A stretch of 64,000 bases of DNA from Pristiophorus japonicus (GCF_044704955.1 NC_091985.1:115320001-115384000); one strand, 5' to 3'. Numbered from the stretch's first letter, positions 23,148 through 36,289 are shown. Numbers and translations are program-made. The notes: a model not told the origin generated them from the sequence alone.

Positions 23148-23352
23148 CACTGTTGTAATGTAGGAAATGCAGCTGTCAAATTTTGCACAGCAAACTCCTG
23201 CAAACTAATCAAATAAATAACCAGATAAGCTGTTGTTTATTAATGTTTGTTGAGCAATAAATATTGGTCCAGGACACCAGCAGAGAATTCTCCCTTGCTC
23301 TTCTTTGAAATAATGGCGATGGGATCTTTTGCGTTTACCTGAGAGGGCAGAT
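23148..23352 (-). mobile_element. Deu-domain SINE fragment (SacSINE1/AmnSINE1-like)
   Basis: Reverse complement of CTGCCCTCTCAGGT..AAAAGATCCCAT..AAGAAGAGCA..GTCCTGG..CCTACATTACAACAGTG. Matches the copies at 28312-28936 and 31770-32001. Confidence 0.7.
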
Positions 23353-23573
23353 TCTCATCTGAACTGGTTATGTACCAGAAAACATGTGTTTGGGTGAAGA
23401 GAACAGTAGCTGGGGTCTGTTAAAGGATGGAAATCAAGTGCCACAATTGTAAGAGGAGGAAGAAGTTCTCCTGGTATCTGAATCCAACATTCACCATTAA
23501 TCAAATCTATCAACACTTCTGTTCTTTAGGGATACGTGGCCTTGCCTGAATGCAACATTCCCTCAGTAAAGAG

Positions 23574-23847
23574 TCAGCTGTGGCTCAGTGGGTAGCAATC
23601 TTAGAGTCTGAAGGTCATGAGTTTGAGTCCCCACTCCAAAGACATTATTTTTATTCATTCAAGGGATATGGGCATCGCTGGCAAGGCCAGCATTTATTGC
23701 CCATCCCTAATTGCCCTTGAGTCGAGCCCCATAATTTAGGCCGACACTCCCCGATGCCAGTACTGAGGCAAATTTGCACCATTGAATGTGCTGTCTTTTG
23801 GATGAGACATTTAACCGAGGACCCCTCTGCCCCCTCAGGTGGACGTT
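23574..23847 (+). mobile_element. tRNA-headed Deu-domain SINE, 5' half, with nested LINE-tail fragment
   Basis: A box TGGCTCAGTGGG and B-box-like GAGTTTGAGTCCC, then GCTGTCTTTTGGATGAGACATTTAACCGAGG. Confidence 0.7.
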
Positions 23848-24029
23848 ATGCAAAATTACATAGAATTCACAGCACAGAAATAGGACATTCAGCCCAACTG
23901 TTTTGTTGATGATCCTCCCACTATATTATTTGATCTCCCCCATCAGCATATCCTTCTACTCCTTTCTCTCTCATGTACTTATCAAGCTTCCTCTTAATTG
24001 CATGTACGCTATTCACCTCAACCACTCCT

Positions 24030-25549
24030 TGACCAGGGACTGGTTTGCTTCACGCTCTTTCCGCCTGCGCTTGTTTTTTGCATGCTCTCGGCGATGAGAC
24101 TCAAGGTGCTCAGCACCTCCCGGATGCACTTCCTCCATTTAGGGCTGCCTGTGGCCAGGGACTCCCAGGTGTCGGTGGGGATGTTACACTTTATCAGGGA
24201 GGCTTTGAGGGTGTCCTTGTAACGTTTCCTCTGCCTACCTTTGGCTTATTTGCCATGAAGGAGTTCTGAGTAGAGTGCTTGCTTTGGGAGTCTTGTGTCA
24301 GGCATGTGAACATTGTGGATTGCCCAGTGGAGCTGATCAAATGTGGTCAGTGCTTCAATGCTGGGAATGTTGGCCTGGCAGAGGACACTGATGTTGGTGC
24401 ATCTGTCCTCCCAGGGGATTTGTAGGATCTTGTGGAGACATCATTGGTGGTATCTCTCCAGTGACTTGAGATGTCTGCTGTACATGGTCCATGTCTCTGA
24501 GCCATACAAGAGGGCGGGTACTACTACAGCCCTGTAGACCATGAGCTTGGTGGCAGTTTTGAGGGCCTGGTCTTCAAACACTGTGTTCCTCAGGCAGCCG
24601 AAGGCTGCACTGACGCACTGGAGGCGGTGTTGAATCTCGCCGTCAATGCCTGCTCTTGTGGATAAGAGGCTCTCGAGGTATAAGAAATGGTCCACGCTGT
24701 CCAGGGCCGCACCGTGGATTTTGATGACTCGGGGGAAGTGCTATGCGGCAAGGACAGGCTGGTGGAGGACCTTTGTCTTACGAATGTTTAGCGCAAGGCC
24801 CATGCTTTCGTTCACCTCAGTAAATGACTATGTCCTCTGTATGCCTCTGTATGTGCACAGACGCAGGCATCGTCCGCGTACTATAGGTTGACGAAAGAGG
24901 TTGGGGTGGTCTTGGACCTGGCCTGGAGACGGCGAGGGTTAAACAGGTTCCCATTGGTTCTGTAGTTTAGTTCCACTCCAGCAGGGAGCTTGTTGACTGT
25001 GAGGTGGAGCATGGCAACAAGGAAGATTGAAAAGAGGTTTGGGGCGATGACATAGCCCTGTTTGACCCCGGTCCGGATGTGGCTTGGGTCTGTAATGGAC
25101 CCGTTGGTAAGGATCACCACCTGCATGTCGTCGTGGAACAGGTGGAGGATGGTGATGAACCTTTGGGGGCATCCGAAGCGGAGGAGGACGCTCCATAGAC
25201 CCTCACCCTTGAGAGTGTCAAAGGCCTTTGTAAGATCGAAGAAGGCCATATATAAAGGCTGGCGCTGTTCCCTGCATTTTTCCTGCAGCTGTCGCGCTGC
25301 AAAAATCATGTCTGTTGTGCTCCGTAGGGGACGGAATCCACACTGTGACTCTGGGAGGAGCTCCTCGGCCACAGGGAGGACACAGTTAAGGAGGATTCTA
25401 GCGACGACTTTCCCAGTGGCTGATAGCAGGGAGATTCCTCTGTAGTTGCCGCAGTCAGACTTGTCCCCTTTTTTAAAGATGGTCACCATCACTGCATCTC
25501 TGAGATCTCCTAGCATGCTCTCCTCCCTCCAGATGAGAGATGAGATCAT
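24030..25549 (-). mobile_element. RTE-clade LINE RT fragment
   Basis: ORF 24881-25549 has CGNYRGISLLS, ESQCGFR, FFDLTKAFD, GVKQG. ORF 24441-24695 has LLYGSETW. Confidence 0.9.
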
Positions 25550-25599
25550 GTATTCGCCAACAGTGCCTCTCCGTCATACTTCAGTTAGTATATCACTAA

Positions 25600-25832
25600 C
25601 AAGACAGTTTCACAGAAGCATGAAAAATTGACACCGAGCCAGGTAAGGGGATATTTGGACAGATGACGAAAAGTTGGTCCAAGAAATTGATTTTAAGAGA
25701 GAGGGACGGGGAGAGATTTAGCAAGAGAATTCCAGAGCTTGGGGTCTAGGTGGCTGAAGGCACGGACGCCGATGATGGAACTGTGCAAGAAGCCAGAATT
25801 GGAGGAGGACGGAAATCTCTGAGGGCTGGAAG
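25600..25832 (-). mobile_element. L2-like LINE 3' fragment
   Basis: Purine-rich ..GAATTCCAGAGCTTGGGGTCTAGGTGGCTGAAGGCACGG.. resembles the reverse of an L2 ORF2 C-terminus. Recognition only. Confidence 0.45.
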
Positions 25833-25869
25833 AATTCCCCCACTACACTTTTTGTACCTCCATTCATAT

Positions 25870-27886
25870 TGTTTTGTCTTGAATAAAGAGTCAGACTAGA
25901 TACTGCAAGCTCAAAGTAAGGTGTGACCGTAGTCCTTTATTACAGATCTCAGAGTGCCTCTCCAGTCTGTGAGGCCTCCTTATATATAGGTGCTCCCAAG
26001 GGATTGTAGGATCCCTTGGGACTCCAGGGGATAAGCCCTCTGGTGGTATTTACAGGTTTACATACATAACAACATTCCCACCACCCCCACCCCCCCACCA
26101 CCCCACCCCCGCCAAAATCAACAGTGTAACTATTTACAATGTGCGTTGATCTGGGGCCTTCCTTTCCCTGGTTGATCGTCTCGGTGCAAATGCTGGTTTT
26201 GGTGAGGCGTTTGTTGGGCCGTCGCTGGGCTGCTGAGCAGCTGGCATTGCTGGGCTGCTGGGGGTGGTGAGTCCTGCTAGGCGGCTGTGGGTGATTGGTT
26301 CTGCTTCGTGGTCAACCACTGGGTCGGTTGCCACTTGTGTCTGTGTTGGAGGGTCGAAAAAGGTAGAATCTATTGTGGGTTGTTCTGGATAGTCCGTAAA
26401 TCTGAGTTTGGTTTGGTCCAAGTGTTTCCTGCAGGTGAGTCCTTTTGAGAGTTTGACCTAAAAGACCCTACTCCTATCTTTGGCCAAAATAGTGCCAGGG
26501 AGCCACTTGTGACCTTGTCCACAGTTCATCACAAATACAGGATCATTTATCTCAATTTCGCATGACACAGTTGCGTGATCATAATATGTATTCTGTTGAA
26601 GCCGCCTGAACTCTACCTGTTTGTGTAGATTAGGGTGGACTAACAAGAGCCTTGTCTTAAGTGCCCTTTTCATGAGCAGTTCAGCGGGAGGGACCCCAGT
26701 GAGCGAGTGGAGTCTTGTGCGGTAACTAAGCAGGACTCGGGATAAGCGAGTCTGCAGTGAGCCTTCAGTTATCCTTTTCAAGCTCTGCTTGATTGTTTGA
26801 ACTGCTCGTTCTGCCTGACCGTTGGACACTGGTTTAAATGGGGCAGATGTGATCCCATTGCGGGTCATGAACTCCTTGAACTTGGCACTGGTGAAGCACG
26901 GTCCATTGTCACTCACAAGGATATCAGGCAGCCCGTGCGTGGCAAACATGGCCCGTAGGCTTTCAATGGTGGCAGGGGACGTGCTTGCCGACATTATCAC
27001 ACATTCAATCCATTTGGAGTACGCATCTACAACCACTAAGAGCATTTTTCCCAAGAATGGGCTCGCATAGTCGACATGGACCCTGCACCACGGTTTGGAG
27101 GGCCAGGACCATAAACTTAGTGGTGCCTCCCTGGCTGCATTGCTGAACTGTGAACATGTATTACATTTGTGCATGCAGGACTCTAAGTCTGCATCGATAC
27201 CAGGCCACAACATGTGGGATCTGGCTATCGCTTTCATCATTACGATGCCTGGGTGGGTGCTGTGGAGATCACTAACTTTTAGGCACCACTACCCGATTAC
27301 CCCATGGGAGATAGACTGCCTGTTTAGACATTGCAGCTCTGCGCCGCTGATACAGCTTTATTTCTTCCTCCATCTCTAACGGGACACTAGACCAACTCCC
27401 GTGCAGCACACAGTTTTTTTACTAAGGACCGTAAGGGGTCCTGGCTCGTTCAGGTTCTAATCTGTCCGGCGATAACAGGTGATTGCTCACTCTCGAATGC
27501 TTCCATTACCATAACTAAATCTGCGGGCTGTGCCATCTCCACCCCTGAGGTGGGCAATGGCAGCCTACTGAGAGCATCGGTAGTTTTCTGTGCCTTGCAC
27601 ACGTGAGTTTGTATCCCATCCTCGTTGACAGTTGTTATGTCTTGAAAAAAAAAAATAAAAAAAATTTTAAAAAAATTGTTATGTCTTGAATAAAGAATTA
27701 GACTAGATACTGCAAGCTCAAAGTAAGGTGTGACCATAGTCCTTTATTACAGATCTCAGAGTGCCTCTCCAGCCTGAGGCCTCCTTATATACATGTTCTC
27801 CCAAAGGATTGTGGGATCCCCTGGAACTCCAGGGGATAAGCCCTCTGATGGTTAGACATCGTATTTACAGGTTTACATACATAACA
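25870..27886 (-). mobile_element. Internally deleted Gypsy/Ty3 LTR retrotransposon (integrase retained)
   Basis: Two ~205 bp direct repeats TG..CA (25870-26071, 27677-27886). 5-bp TSD CATAT/CACAT. PPT next to the left LTR and PBS-like ACTGTCAACGAGG next to the right LTR. Integrase ORF 26458-27240 (VHVDYA, VSDNGPCF, SNGQAER). gag and RT are absent. Confidence 0.92.
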
Positions 27887-28311
27887 CACATGTCAGCCAC
27901 TTGTTAAAATTTGGGCACCGGTCACTCTGCTCCTTCAGTCTATGGCTGTTGCCCATCGAGCCACAATCCAGCAACAGGCAAGCTACCCCTCATGAGAGGG
28001 AGGTGGCATGATAGCCCTATTTATAGGGTGGACAGAAGTCAGGGTTCAGGGGTTGGAACTATATCTCCCCACAATGCAACGCGGTTTAAGCGGCAATATG
28101 AATTCAATACTCCCAAAACAACCTTTCCTTGATTTGTTAACAAGTACACAGAAAATGAACAGGCAAACATCCATTTTTCTGACTGGGGGGTGAAATTATC
28201 AAAAAAATGAGTTTGATCTTTTAATTAGAAGGCTCATTTAATTCATTCATGGGATGTGAGAAACACTGGCAAGGCCAGCATCTATTGCCCATCCCTAATC
28301 GTCCTTGATTA

Positions 28312-28936
28312 GAGCCCGATAATCCAGGCCGACACTTTCCGATGCCAGTACTGAGGTAGATCTGCACTCTTGGAGGTGCTGTCTTTTGGATGAGATATTA
28401 AACCGAGGACTCCTCTTCCCTATCAGGTGGACATTTTGCAAAATTACAGAATTTACAGCACAGAAACCTGTCATTTGGCCCAAGAGGTCTATACCGGTGA
28501 TTCTGCTCCATACGAGCGTCCTCCCACTATATTACTTGAGCTCCCCATTTTAGCATATCCTTCTATTTCTTTCTCCCTCATGTACTGATCTAGCTTTCTC
28601 TTAAATGCACCTATGCTATTCGCCTCAACTACTTCATGCGGTAGCAAGTCCCACATTCTCACCACACTCGGAGTAAAGAAGTTTCTCTTGAATCCTTTAT
28701 TTGATTTATTAGTGACTATCATCGGGACATAGAAGATCCCATGGCACATTTGATAAAAGAACAGGGAAGTTCAACCAGGTGTCCTGGTACAATATTTATC
28801 CCTCAGCTAAATCACTGGAAGCAGATGGTCTGTTCATTATCACATTGCTGTTTGTGGGGCCTTATTGTGTGCAAATTGGCTGGCGCATTTCCCTCTGGTA
28901 CTTCATTGGTTGTAAAGCACTTCGGGACGTCCTGAG
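28312..28936 (+). mobile_element. Deu-domain SINE interrupted by a minus-strand CR1 3' tail (~28440-28725)
   Basis: GCTGTCTTTTGGATGAGATATTAAACCGAGG..CAGGTGGAC breaks off and resumes at AAGATCCCATGGCAC..GTGCAAATTGGCTG..GTACTTCATTGGTTGTAAAGCAC. Confidence 0.75.
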
Positions 28937-28971
28937 CACTGTTCCCCCTGAGCTGTCAGGCCGCACTGTTG

Positions 28972-29152
28972 CTTAACAGAAAACAGAGAGTCGGGACAAA
29001 TGGGTCATTTTCCGGTTGGCAAACAGTAACTAGTGGGGTGCCACAGGGATCAGTGCTGGGACCTCAACTATTTACAATTTATATTAATGACTTGTAGCCA
29101 AGTTTGCTGATGATACAGAGATGTGTGGGAAAGCAAATTGTGAGGACTGCAC
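28972..29152 (+). mobile_element. CR1 RT fragment
   Basis: Encodes [20 protein letters not shown] and KFADD. Confidence 0.85.
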
Positions 29153-29184
29153 ATAGGAACCCTCTATGGAGCTGAGCTTCAGGG

Positions 29185-29520
29185 AGGGAGAGTTAAGATT
29201 GGAGAGGGAGAGGGGGAAAATGGGAGGAAGGAGGTTAGAAGAGGGTGGGGAGAGGGGATCGGGGGAAAGGGGATGGGGAGGGACACTAGTGGGAGAGAGG
29301 GAATGGGGGGGAAGAGACTGGAGAAGATAAAGCGTGGGAGAGAGACACAGGAACAGAGAGTGAGACAGCATCAGAGGGAGAAAGAGAGAGAGAGAGAGAC
29401 AGGGTCAAGGGGAGAGAGAGAGAGAGAGAGAGAAACAGGGACTGAGGGACAGAGAAAGATACAGAGACAGAGAGAGTGAGTGAGAGACAGACAAAGAGAC
29501 AGGGGCAGGGAGATAGAGAA
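29185..29520. repeat. GA-rich simple repeat
   Basis: Purine-only runs and (GA)n. Confidence 0.9.
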
Positions 29521-29529
29521 ATATTGAGC

Positions 29530-31340
29530 ACCATTTTTTGGCGCCCAACGATTTCTTTGGCGTAATGCGTCAGTTTACATTTTCATCAAAGTTTCGGCGC
29601 CGGTGCCGACCATCCTGGTCTACGTCGAAAAGTGATTCCGCACTATTTCTGGCCATTTAGGCCATTATCCACATCGCCGATTTAAAAAAAAAAGGCACAG
29701 AGACCTTAGAGCCCGTTTTTAAAAAGTCTACCGTAAGTTAATGAAATCGGTGCTGGCCCGCTGCAAACCCTGGCCGCAGGTCCTCCACGCCAGACTGAAC
29801 AACTCCAGGTAAAAATAAACCAGGCAAAAATAAACTTCCAGAAGAGCCTTTTCCATCGAAGAACAAGCTCCAGGCACATTACAAAATAAACATCCAGAGG
29901 AGCCATTTCCACGCACCCAACCCGACCTGTTGCAATCCCTGGCCGAAGATCCTCCACGCCAGACTGAACAACAAACTCCAGGCACGTTGGAAAGGATCAC
30001 AGTATATAGAACCTGCCCGTTTCATTTAAACTTATTTTTTTTTAAACTACATATTTTATAATAAAGTTAACAGCATTCACTAGATTAATTTTTATATATT
30101 TTAATGCCTTTATTACAAATTTTATATGAAAGCTTAACATTAGTGCTTGTAGTTTCAAGTTAATGAAATAGTTTTCTGAACTTTACCCAGTTTGGTTACA
30201 ACACAGGAGGCCATTTGGCCTGTTGAATCCGTGACATCAGCTAGAAAGATATTCTAGTGCTGGATTAAAAAAATAATGTACAGGATTCTGGTTAAATGTA
30301 TAAAATAAATGTTTATTAAATATTTGTATAGTACAGTTGTACTTAACTTTCAACTTTAATAACTTTAATAAATTTTGTATCAAACTTTTCAATGAAGAAA
30401 CAAACAAACAAGCCATCTCTGCTCCCCCTTAGCACTATGCACCACTCCTGCCCCTGTTACTGCCTCTACCCCTACCCGTTGTTGCAGACTTTTGCTTCCT
30501 CGCCCCACTGACTCCCAAGGTTTTTTCTGTTTTCTTTCTGACAGCGCGTTTGTTGTTGGTTGGTTTCGACAGAGACAGAGCTAGTAGACGTCATTGTAGA
30601 TGGCCCGGATTCCTCTTTGGACTCTTCTTCAGCCTGTGGATCAACCCCTGACATTCCCTCTCTCATCTGTCCCGACAGTGTTGCTACCTCTAATGACAGT
30701 CCCGCAATCTCTCCCCTCACCTCACCCATTCCTCCAGCCTGTGTTGCTACTTCATGGGCTAGAATTTGCAATGTTTCACCGCCCGCTTTCTTGACGGTAT
30801 TGGCCGTTTTGGGCAAGAACCGGGTCGGCGGAAAATTCCCCAGCTGAGGCACGCTGGCGATTTCGAAGTCCCACTGGGGAGAGAACCGCCGGCGTGCATC
30901 GTCCACAGATCACCCTGGAGCGATCTTTGACTGAGCGGGGACCCGTAGGTAAGTATAAAACTTTTTTTTTTAAAACCGCCCACGAGGATCAGCGGTGCTG
31001 GGCGGTAGGTAAGTAGGTCTGCAAGTAAAAGGTAAGTGATTGGGTTTTTACTATTTATTTTCAAAATCTGTTGGGGTGATTTAATTTTAAAGTGTCTTGG
31101 GAATGTTTTGGGGATTTTTTAGTTAGATTTTTTTGAAGAATTATTTAAATTCTTTTTTTGGTCTTAGGCCCTACCTGCAGCCTCGCTGTAAGTTTTTATA
31201 GATTTTTTAATTTTTCACCCATTTTCTTTAGGCACCGCCCAATCCAGCCGAAATTGCACTTTTCTGCCCAGATTGGGGGTGCAAGGCCCATATTTTTCCC
31301 TGGGCGGATTTTAACATTTTATTTCGGGACATTTTCTACT
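29530..31340. mobile_element. Fragmented Harbinger-like DNA transposon remnants
   Basis: CpG-rich subterminal-type sequence. GGGCTAGAATTTGC at 30756 resembles the TIRs at 39408 and 41468, with an imperfect partner near 31250-31269. A minus-strand coiled-coil remnant lies at 30470-30755. Confidence 0.45.
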
Positions 31341-31769
31341 CTCACCCCACCCAAGGTTTCCAGGAGCGATCTGGTGAGCTGGATGCTCTCCCACTCATCC
31401 TCACGAGCTGTCCTATGTTCCCTTCATTCTATGTTTCAGGTTCAGCTTTCCCTCCCACCCTCCTCTGCCGTCTCGCAGGTGTGGCTTGCTGCGACACACT
31501 GGGACCCGCAGCCTCAAACGGTACACCTAGAGTTATGAAATAGCCCCTTAAATGTCTGCCGCTGCTTATCAATCGTCTTACTATTTAATTTATTTTCCCA
31601 GTCCACATTCACCAACTCTGCCTTCGTACCTAATAATGTTGGGAGAATGTTGGGTCCAGATACTGGAGAACTTCCTGCTGTTCTCCCAAATGTGGTGTGG
31701 GATTTTCATCCTTTAACAGACCTCGGTTACTGTTTCCTCCCAAATGCCTTTTTCTGGGGTTTCACTAGT

Positions 31770-32001
31770 TTGGATGAGTTGTTAAGCCGAGACCTCGTCT
31801 ACTCTCAGACGCAAAAGATCCCACGGCCATTATTTCAAAGAATAGCAAGGGGACAGTTCTCCCCCGGTGTCCTGGGTCACTACTTATCCCTCAACCAACA
31901 TTGCTAAAACAACAGATTATCTTGTCATTCATTTCAATGCTATTTGTGAAAGTTTGCTGTATGCAATTTGGCTAACATGTTTCCTACATTACAACAGTGA
32001 C
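31770..32001 (+). mobile_element. Deu-domain SINE fragment
   Basis: GGATGAGTTGTTAAGCCGAG..AAAAGATCCCACGGC..TTCTCCCCCGGTGTCCTGG..TTCCTACATTACAACAGTGAC. Confidence 0.75.
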
Positions 32002-32698
32002 CTCTCTGTGTCCCTCTCTTTCTGATCATCTCCCTCGTTCTGTATGTGTGTCCAACTCTATCTCTCTGTCTCCATCGCTCTCTTTCTCTCTTCTGTCTGT
32101 CCCTCTCTCTCACAGTCTCTCCAGCTTTTGCTTTCTCTGTCTATGTCTCTCGCAGACCAGCTCTATCTGCCTTACTCTGTCCTCTCTCACATTGTCCCTC
32201 TCTTGCTATCACTCTCTCCCTCTCTGTCTGCCTCACCACCATTTATTCTCTGTCTGTTTCTGTCCGCCTCTCTCTCTGTCTATCTGTCCTTCCCTCTCTC
32301 TGTCACTTCTGTATCATTCTCTCTCTTGGTCTCACCCACTTCCTGTATCTCTCAGTCTGTCTTGCTCGCTGTCTCATTATCTCTCTCTCTGACCCGCTCT
32401 TTGTCCCTCTCTCTGTGCCATTCCCTTTGCTCTCTCTGACTCGTTCTGTCTCTTCCTCTCGCTCTGTGCCTCTATCTGTCTCAATCACTGTCTAGCTCTC
32501 TCCCTCTCTAATTTTCTGTTTCTCTCTGTTCTTCTCTCTCTTTCTCTGCCTTTCCCACTCTCTGTCCGTCTCTCTATCTTTGTGTTCTCTCTCCCTATCT
32601 GACCCTCTCTCTATATCTCCCTCTCTCTGTATGTTTTTCTCTCTCTTTCTGTCGATCACTCTCTTTAGCTCTATCACTGACTATCCTCTCTCCTTCTC
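32002..32698. repeat. CT-rich simple repeat
   Basis: (CT)n and (CTGT)n low-complexity sequence. Confidence 0.9.
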
Positions 32699-33219
32699 TG
32701 GGAGCAGCGGCAGTGTCGAGGAGGCGGAGCAGGATGTTGGTGAGCCGTACAAGAGGCCCAGCAGTTGCAGGGAACAGCGACAGCGTCGACGAGGCGGAGC
32801 GGGACGTTGGTGAGGCGAGCCGGTGCAGTTGCAGCAGGGAAGCAAAAAAGTAGAAAGAAATTGAATGGTGACGTCACAGCAAAGGGGGTAAATGATTGGT
32901 AAGTAGTTTTTCCTCTACTTTTTCTTTATCAGTAAGTAACCTTCAGCATTGTTGTTGCCAAATTAAGTTAATCTAAGGGTTAAGACATGGCAGGAGAGCT
33001 CGGACACATGTTATGCTCCTCCTGTACCATGTGGGAAGTCAGGGACGCTTCCGGTTTCCCTGACGACTACGTGTGCGGGAAGTGTATCTGGCTTTAGCTC
33101 CTGACGGACCGCACTACGGCACTGGAGCTGCGGGTGGATTCACCCTGGAGCATGCACGATGCTGAAAATGATGTGACTAGCACGTTTAGCGAGTTGGTCT
33201 CACCGCAGGTAAAGGGTAC

Positions 33220-34322
33220 ACATAGAAACATAGAAAATAGGTGCAGGAGTAGGCCATTCGGCCCTTCTAGCCTGCACCGCCATTCAATGAGTTCATGGCT
33301 GAACATTCAACTTCAGTACCCCATTCCTGCTTTCTCGCCATACCCCTTGATCCCCCTAGTAGTAAGGACCTCATCTAACTCCTTTTTGAATATATTTAGT
33401 GAATTGGCCTCAACAAGTTTCTGTGGTAGAGAATTCCACAGGTTCACCACTCTCTGGGTGAAGAAGTTTCTCCTCATCTCGGTCCTAAATGGCTTACCCC
33501 TTATCCTTAGACTGTGACCTCTGGTTCTGGACTTCCCCAACATTGGGAACATTCTTCCTGCATCTAACCTGTCTAACCCCATCAGAATTTTAAATGTTTC
33601 TATGAGGTCCCCTCTCATTCTTCTGAACTCCAGTGAATACAAGCCCAGTTGATCCAGTCTTTCTTGATAGGTCAGTCCCGCCATCCCGGGAATCAGTCTG
33701 GTGAACCTTCGCTGCACTCCCTCAATAGCAAGAATGTCCTTCCTCAGGTTAGGAGACCAAAACTGTACACAATACTCCAGGTGTGGCCTCACCAAGGCCC
33801 TGTACAACTGTAGCAACACCTCCCTGCCCCTGTACTCAAATCCCCTTGCTATGAAGACCAACATGCCATTTGCTTTCTTAACCGCCTGCTGCACCTGCAT
33901 GCCAACCTTCAATGACTGATGTACCATGACACCCAGGTCTCTTTGCACCTCCCCTTTTCCTAATCTGAAACCATTCAGATAATAGTCTGTCTCTCTGTTT
34001 TTACCACCAAAGTGGATAACCTCACATTTATCCACATTATACTTCATCTGCCATGCATTTGCCCACTCACCTAACCTATCCAAGTCGCTCTGCAGCCTCA
34101 CAGCATCCTCCTCGCAGCTCACACTGCCACCCAACTTAGTGTCATCCGCAAATTTGGAGATACTACATTTAATCCCCTTATCTAAATCATTAATGTACAG
34201 TGTAAACAGCTGGGGCCCCAGCACAGAACCTTGCGGTACCCCACTAGTCACTGCCTGCCATTCTGAAAAGTACCCATTTACTCCTACTCTTTGCTTCCTG
34301 TCTGACAACCAGTTCTCAATCC
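33220..34322 (-). mobile_element. Young 5'-truncated CR1 inserted in ORF1 of host CR1
   Basis: Uninterrupted RT C-terminal frame, nearly identical to 7685-8791. Tail reads CATAGAAACATAGAAA on +. Confidence 0.92.
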
Positions 34323-35417
34323 AGATAGTAAATGGGTGACCAACAGGAAGAGCAGTGGAAGGAAGGTAGTGCAGGGATCCCCTGCGGTCATCCCCCTGCA
34401 AAACAGATACTCTGCTTTGGGTACTGTTGAGGGGGATGAATCATCAGGGGAGGGCAGCAGCAGCCAAGTTCATGCCACCGTGGGTGGCTCTGCTGCACAG
34501 GAGGGCAGGAAAAAGAGTGGGAGAGCTGTAGTAATAGGGGATTCAATTGTAAGGGGAATAGATAGGCATTTCTGTGGCCGCAACCAGGACTCCAGAATGG
34601 TATGTTGCCTCCCTGGTGCAAGGGTCAAGGATGTCTTGGATAGGGTGCAGGACATTCTGAAAAGGGAGGGTGAACAGCCAGTTATCGTGGTGCATATAGG
34701 TACCAACGATATAGGTAAAAAACAGGATGAGGTCCTACGAGACGAATTTAGGGAGTTAGGAGCTACATTAAAAAGTAGGACCTCAAAAGTAGTAATCTCA
34801 GGATTGCTACCAGTACCACGTGCTAGTCAGAGTAGGAATCGCAGGATGGTTCAGATGAATACATGGCTTGAGGAGTGGTGCAAAAGGGAGGGATTCAAAT
34901 TCCTAGGACATTGGAAACAGTTCTGGGGGAAGTGGGACCAGTACAAACCGAACGGTCTGCACCTGGGCAGGACCGGAACCAATGTCCTAGGGGGAGTGTT
35001 TGCTAGTGCTGTTGGGGAGGAGTTAAACTAACATGGCAGGAGGATGGGAACATGTGCAGGGAGACAGAGGGAAATAAAATGGAGGCAGAAGCAAAAAATA
35101 GAACGGAGAATAGTAAAAGTGGTGGGCAGAGAAACCCAATGCAAAAAACAAAAAGGGCCACATTACAGCAAAATTCTAAAGGGGCAAAGTGTGTTGAAAA
35201 GACAAGTCTGAAGGCTCTGTGCCTCAATTCAAAGAGTATTCGGAATAAGGTGGACGAATTAACTGCGCAGACAGTAGTTAATGGTTATGATGTAATTGGC
35301 ATCACGGAGACATGGCTCCAAGGTGACCAAGGCTGGAAACTCAACATCCAGGGGTATTCAACATTTAGGAAGGATAGGCATAGAGGAAAAGGAGGCGGGG
35401 AGGTGTTGCTGGTTAAA

Positions 35418-36289
35418 GAGTGACTTGGATAGGTTAGGTGAGTGGGCAAATGCATGGCAGATGAAGTATAATGTGGATAAATGTGAGGTTATCCACTTTG
35501 GTGGTAAAAACAGAGAGACAGACTATTATCTGAATGGTGACAGATTAGGAAAAGGGAAGGTGCAATGAGACCTGGGTGTCATGGTACATCAGTCATTGAA
35601 GGTTAGCATGCAGGTACAGCAGGCGGTTAAGAAAGCAAATGGCATGTTGGCCTTCATAGCAAGAGGATTTGAATACAGGGGCAGGGAGGTGTTGCTACAG
35701 TTGTACAGGGCCTTGGTGAGGCCACACCTGGAGTATTGTGTACAGTTTTGGTCTCCTAACTTGAGGAAGGACATTCTTGCTATTGAGGGAGTGCAGCGAA
35801 GATTCACCAGACTGATTCCCGGGATGGCGGGACTGACCTATCAAGAAAGACTGGATCAACTGGGCTTGTATTCACTGGAGTTCAGAAGAATGAGAGGGGA
35901 CCTCATAGAAACGTTTAAAATTCTGACGGGTTTAGACAGGTTAGATGCAGGAAGAATGTTCCCAATGTTGGGGAAGTCTAGAACCAGGGGTCACAGTCTG
36001 AGGATAAGGGGTAAGCCATTTAGGACCGAGATGAGGAGAAACTTCTTCACCCAGAGAGTGGTGAACCTGTGGAATTCTCTACCACAGAAAGTAGTTGAGG
36101 CCAATTCACTAAATATATTCAAAAGGGAGTTAGATGAAGTCCTTGCTACTCGGGGGATCAAGGGTTATGGCGAGAAAGCAGGAAGGGGGTACTGAAGTTT
36201 CAATTTCAGCCATGAACTCATTGAATGGCGGTGCAGGCTAGAAGGGCTGAATGGCCTGCTCCTGCACCTATTTTCTATGTTTCTATGTT
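35418..36289 (+). mobile_element. Young 5'-truncated CR1 inserted in endonuclease domain of host CR1
   Basis: Nearly identical to 7920-8791. Host APE sequence resumes at ~36288. Confidence 0.92.

Noticed and set aside
33313-34401. 362-aa ORF as an intact gene
   Set aside because: A 5'-truncated CR1 RT fused by chance to antisense host ORF1 sequence.
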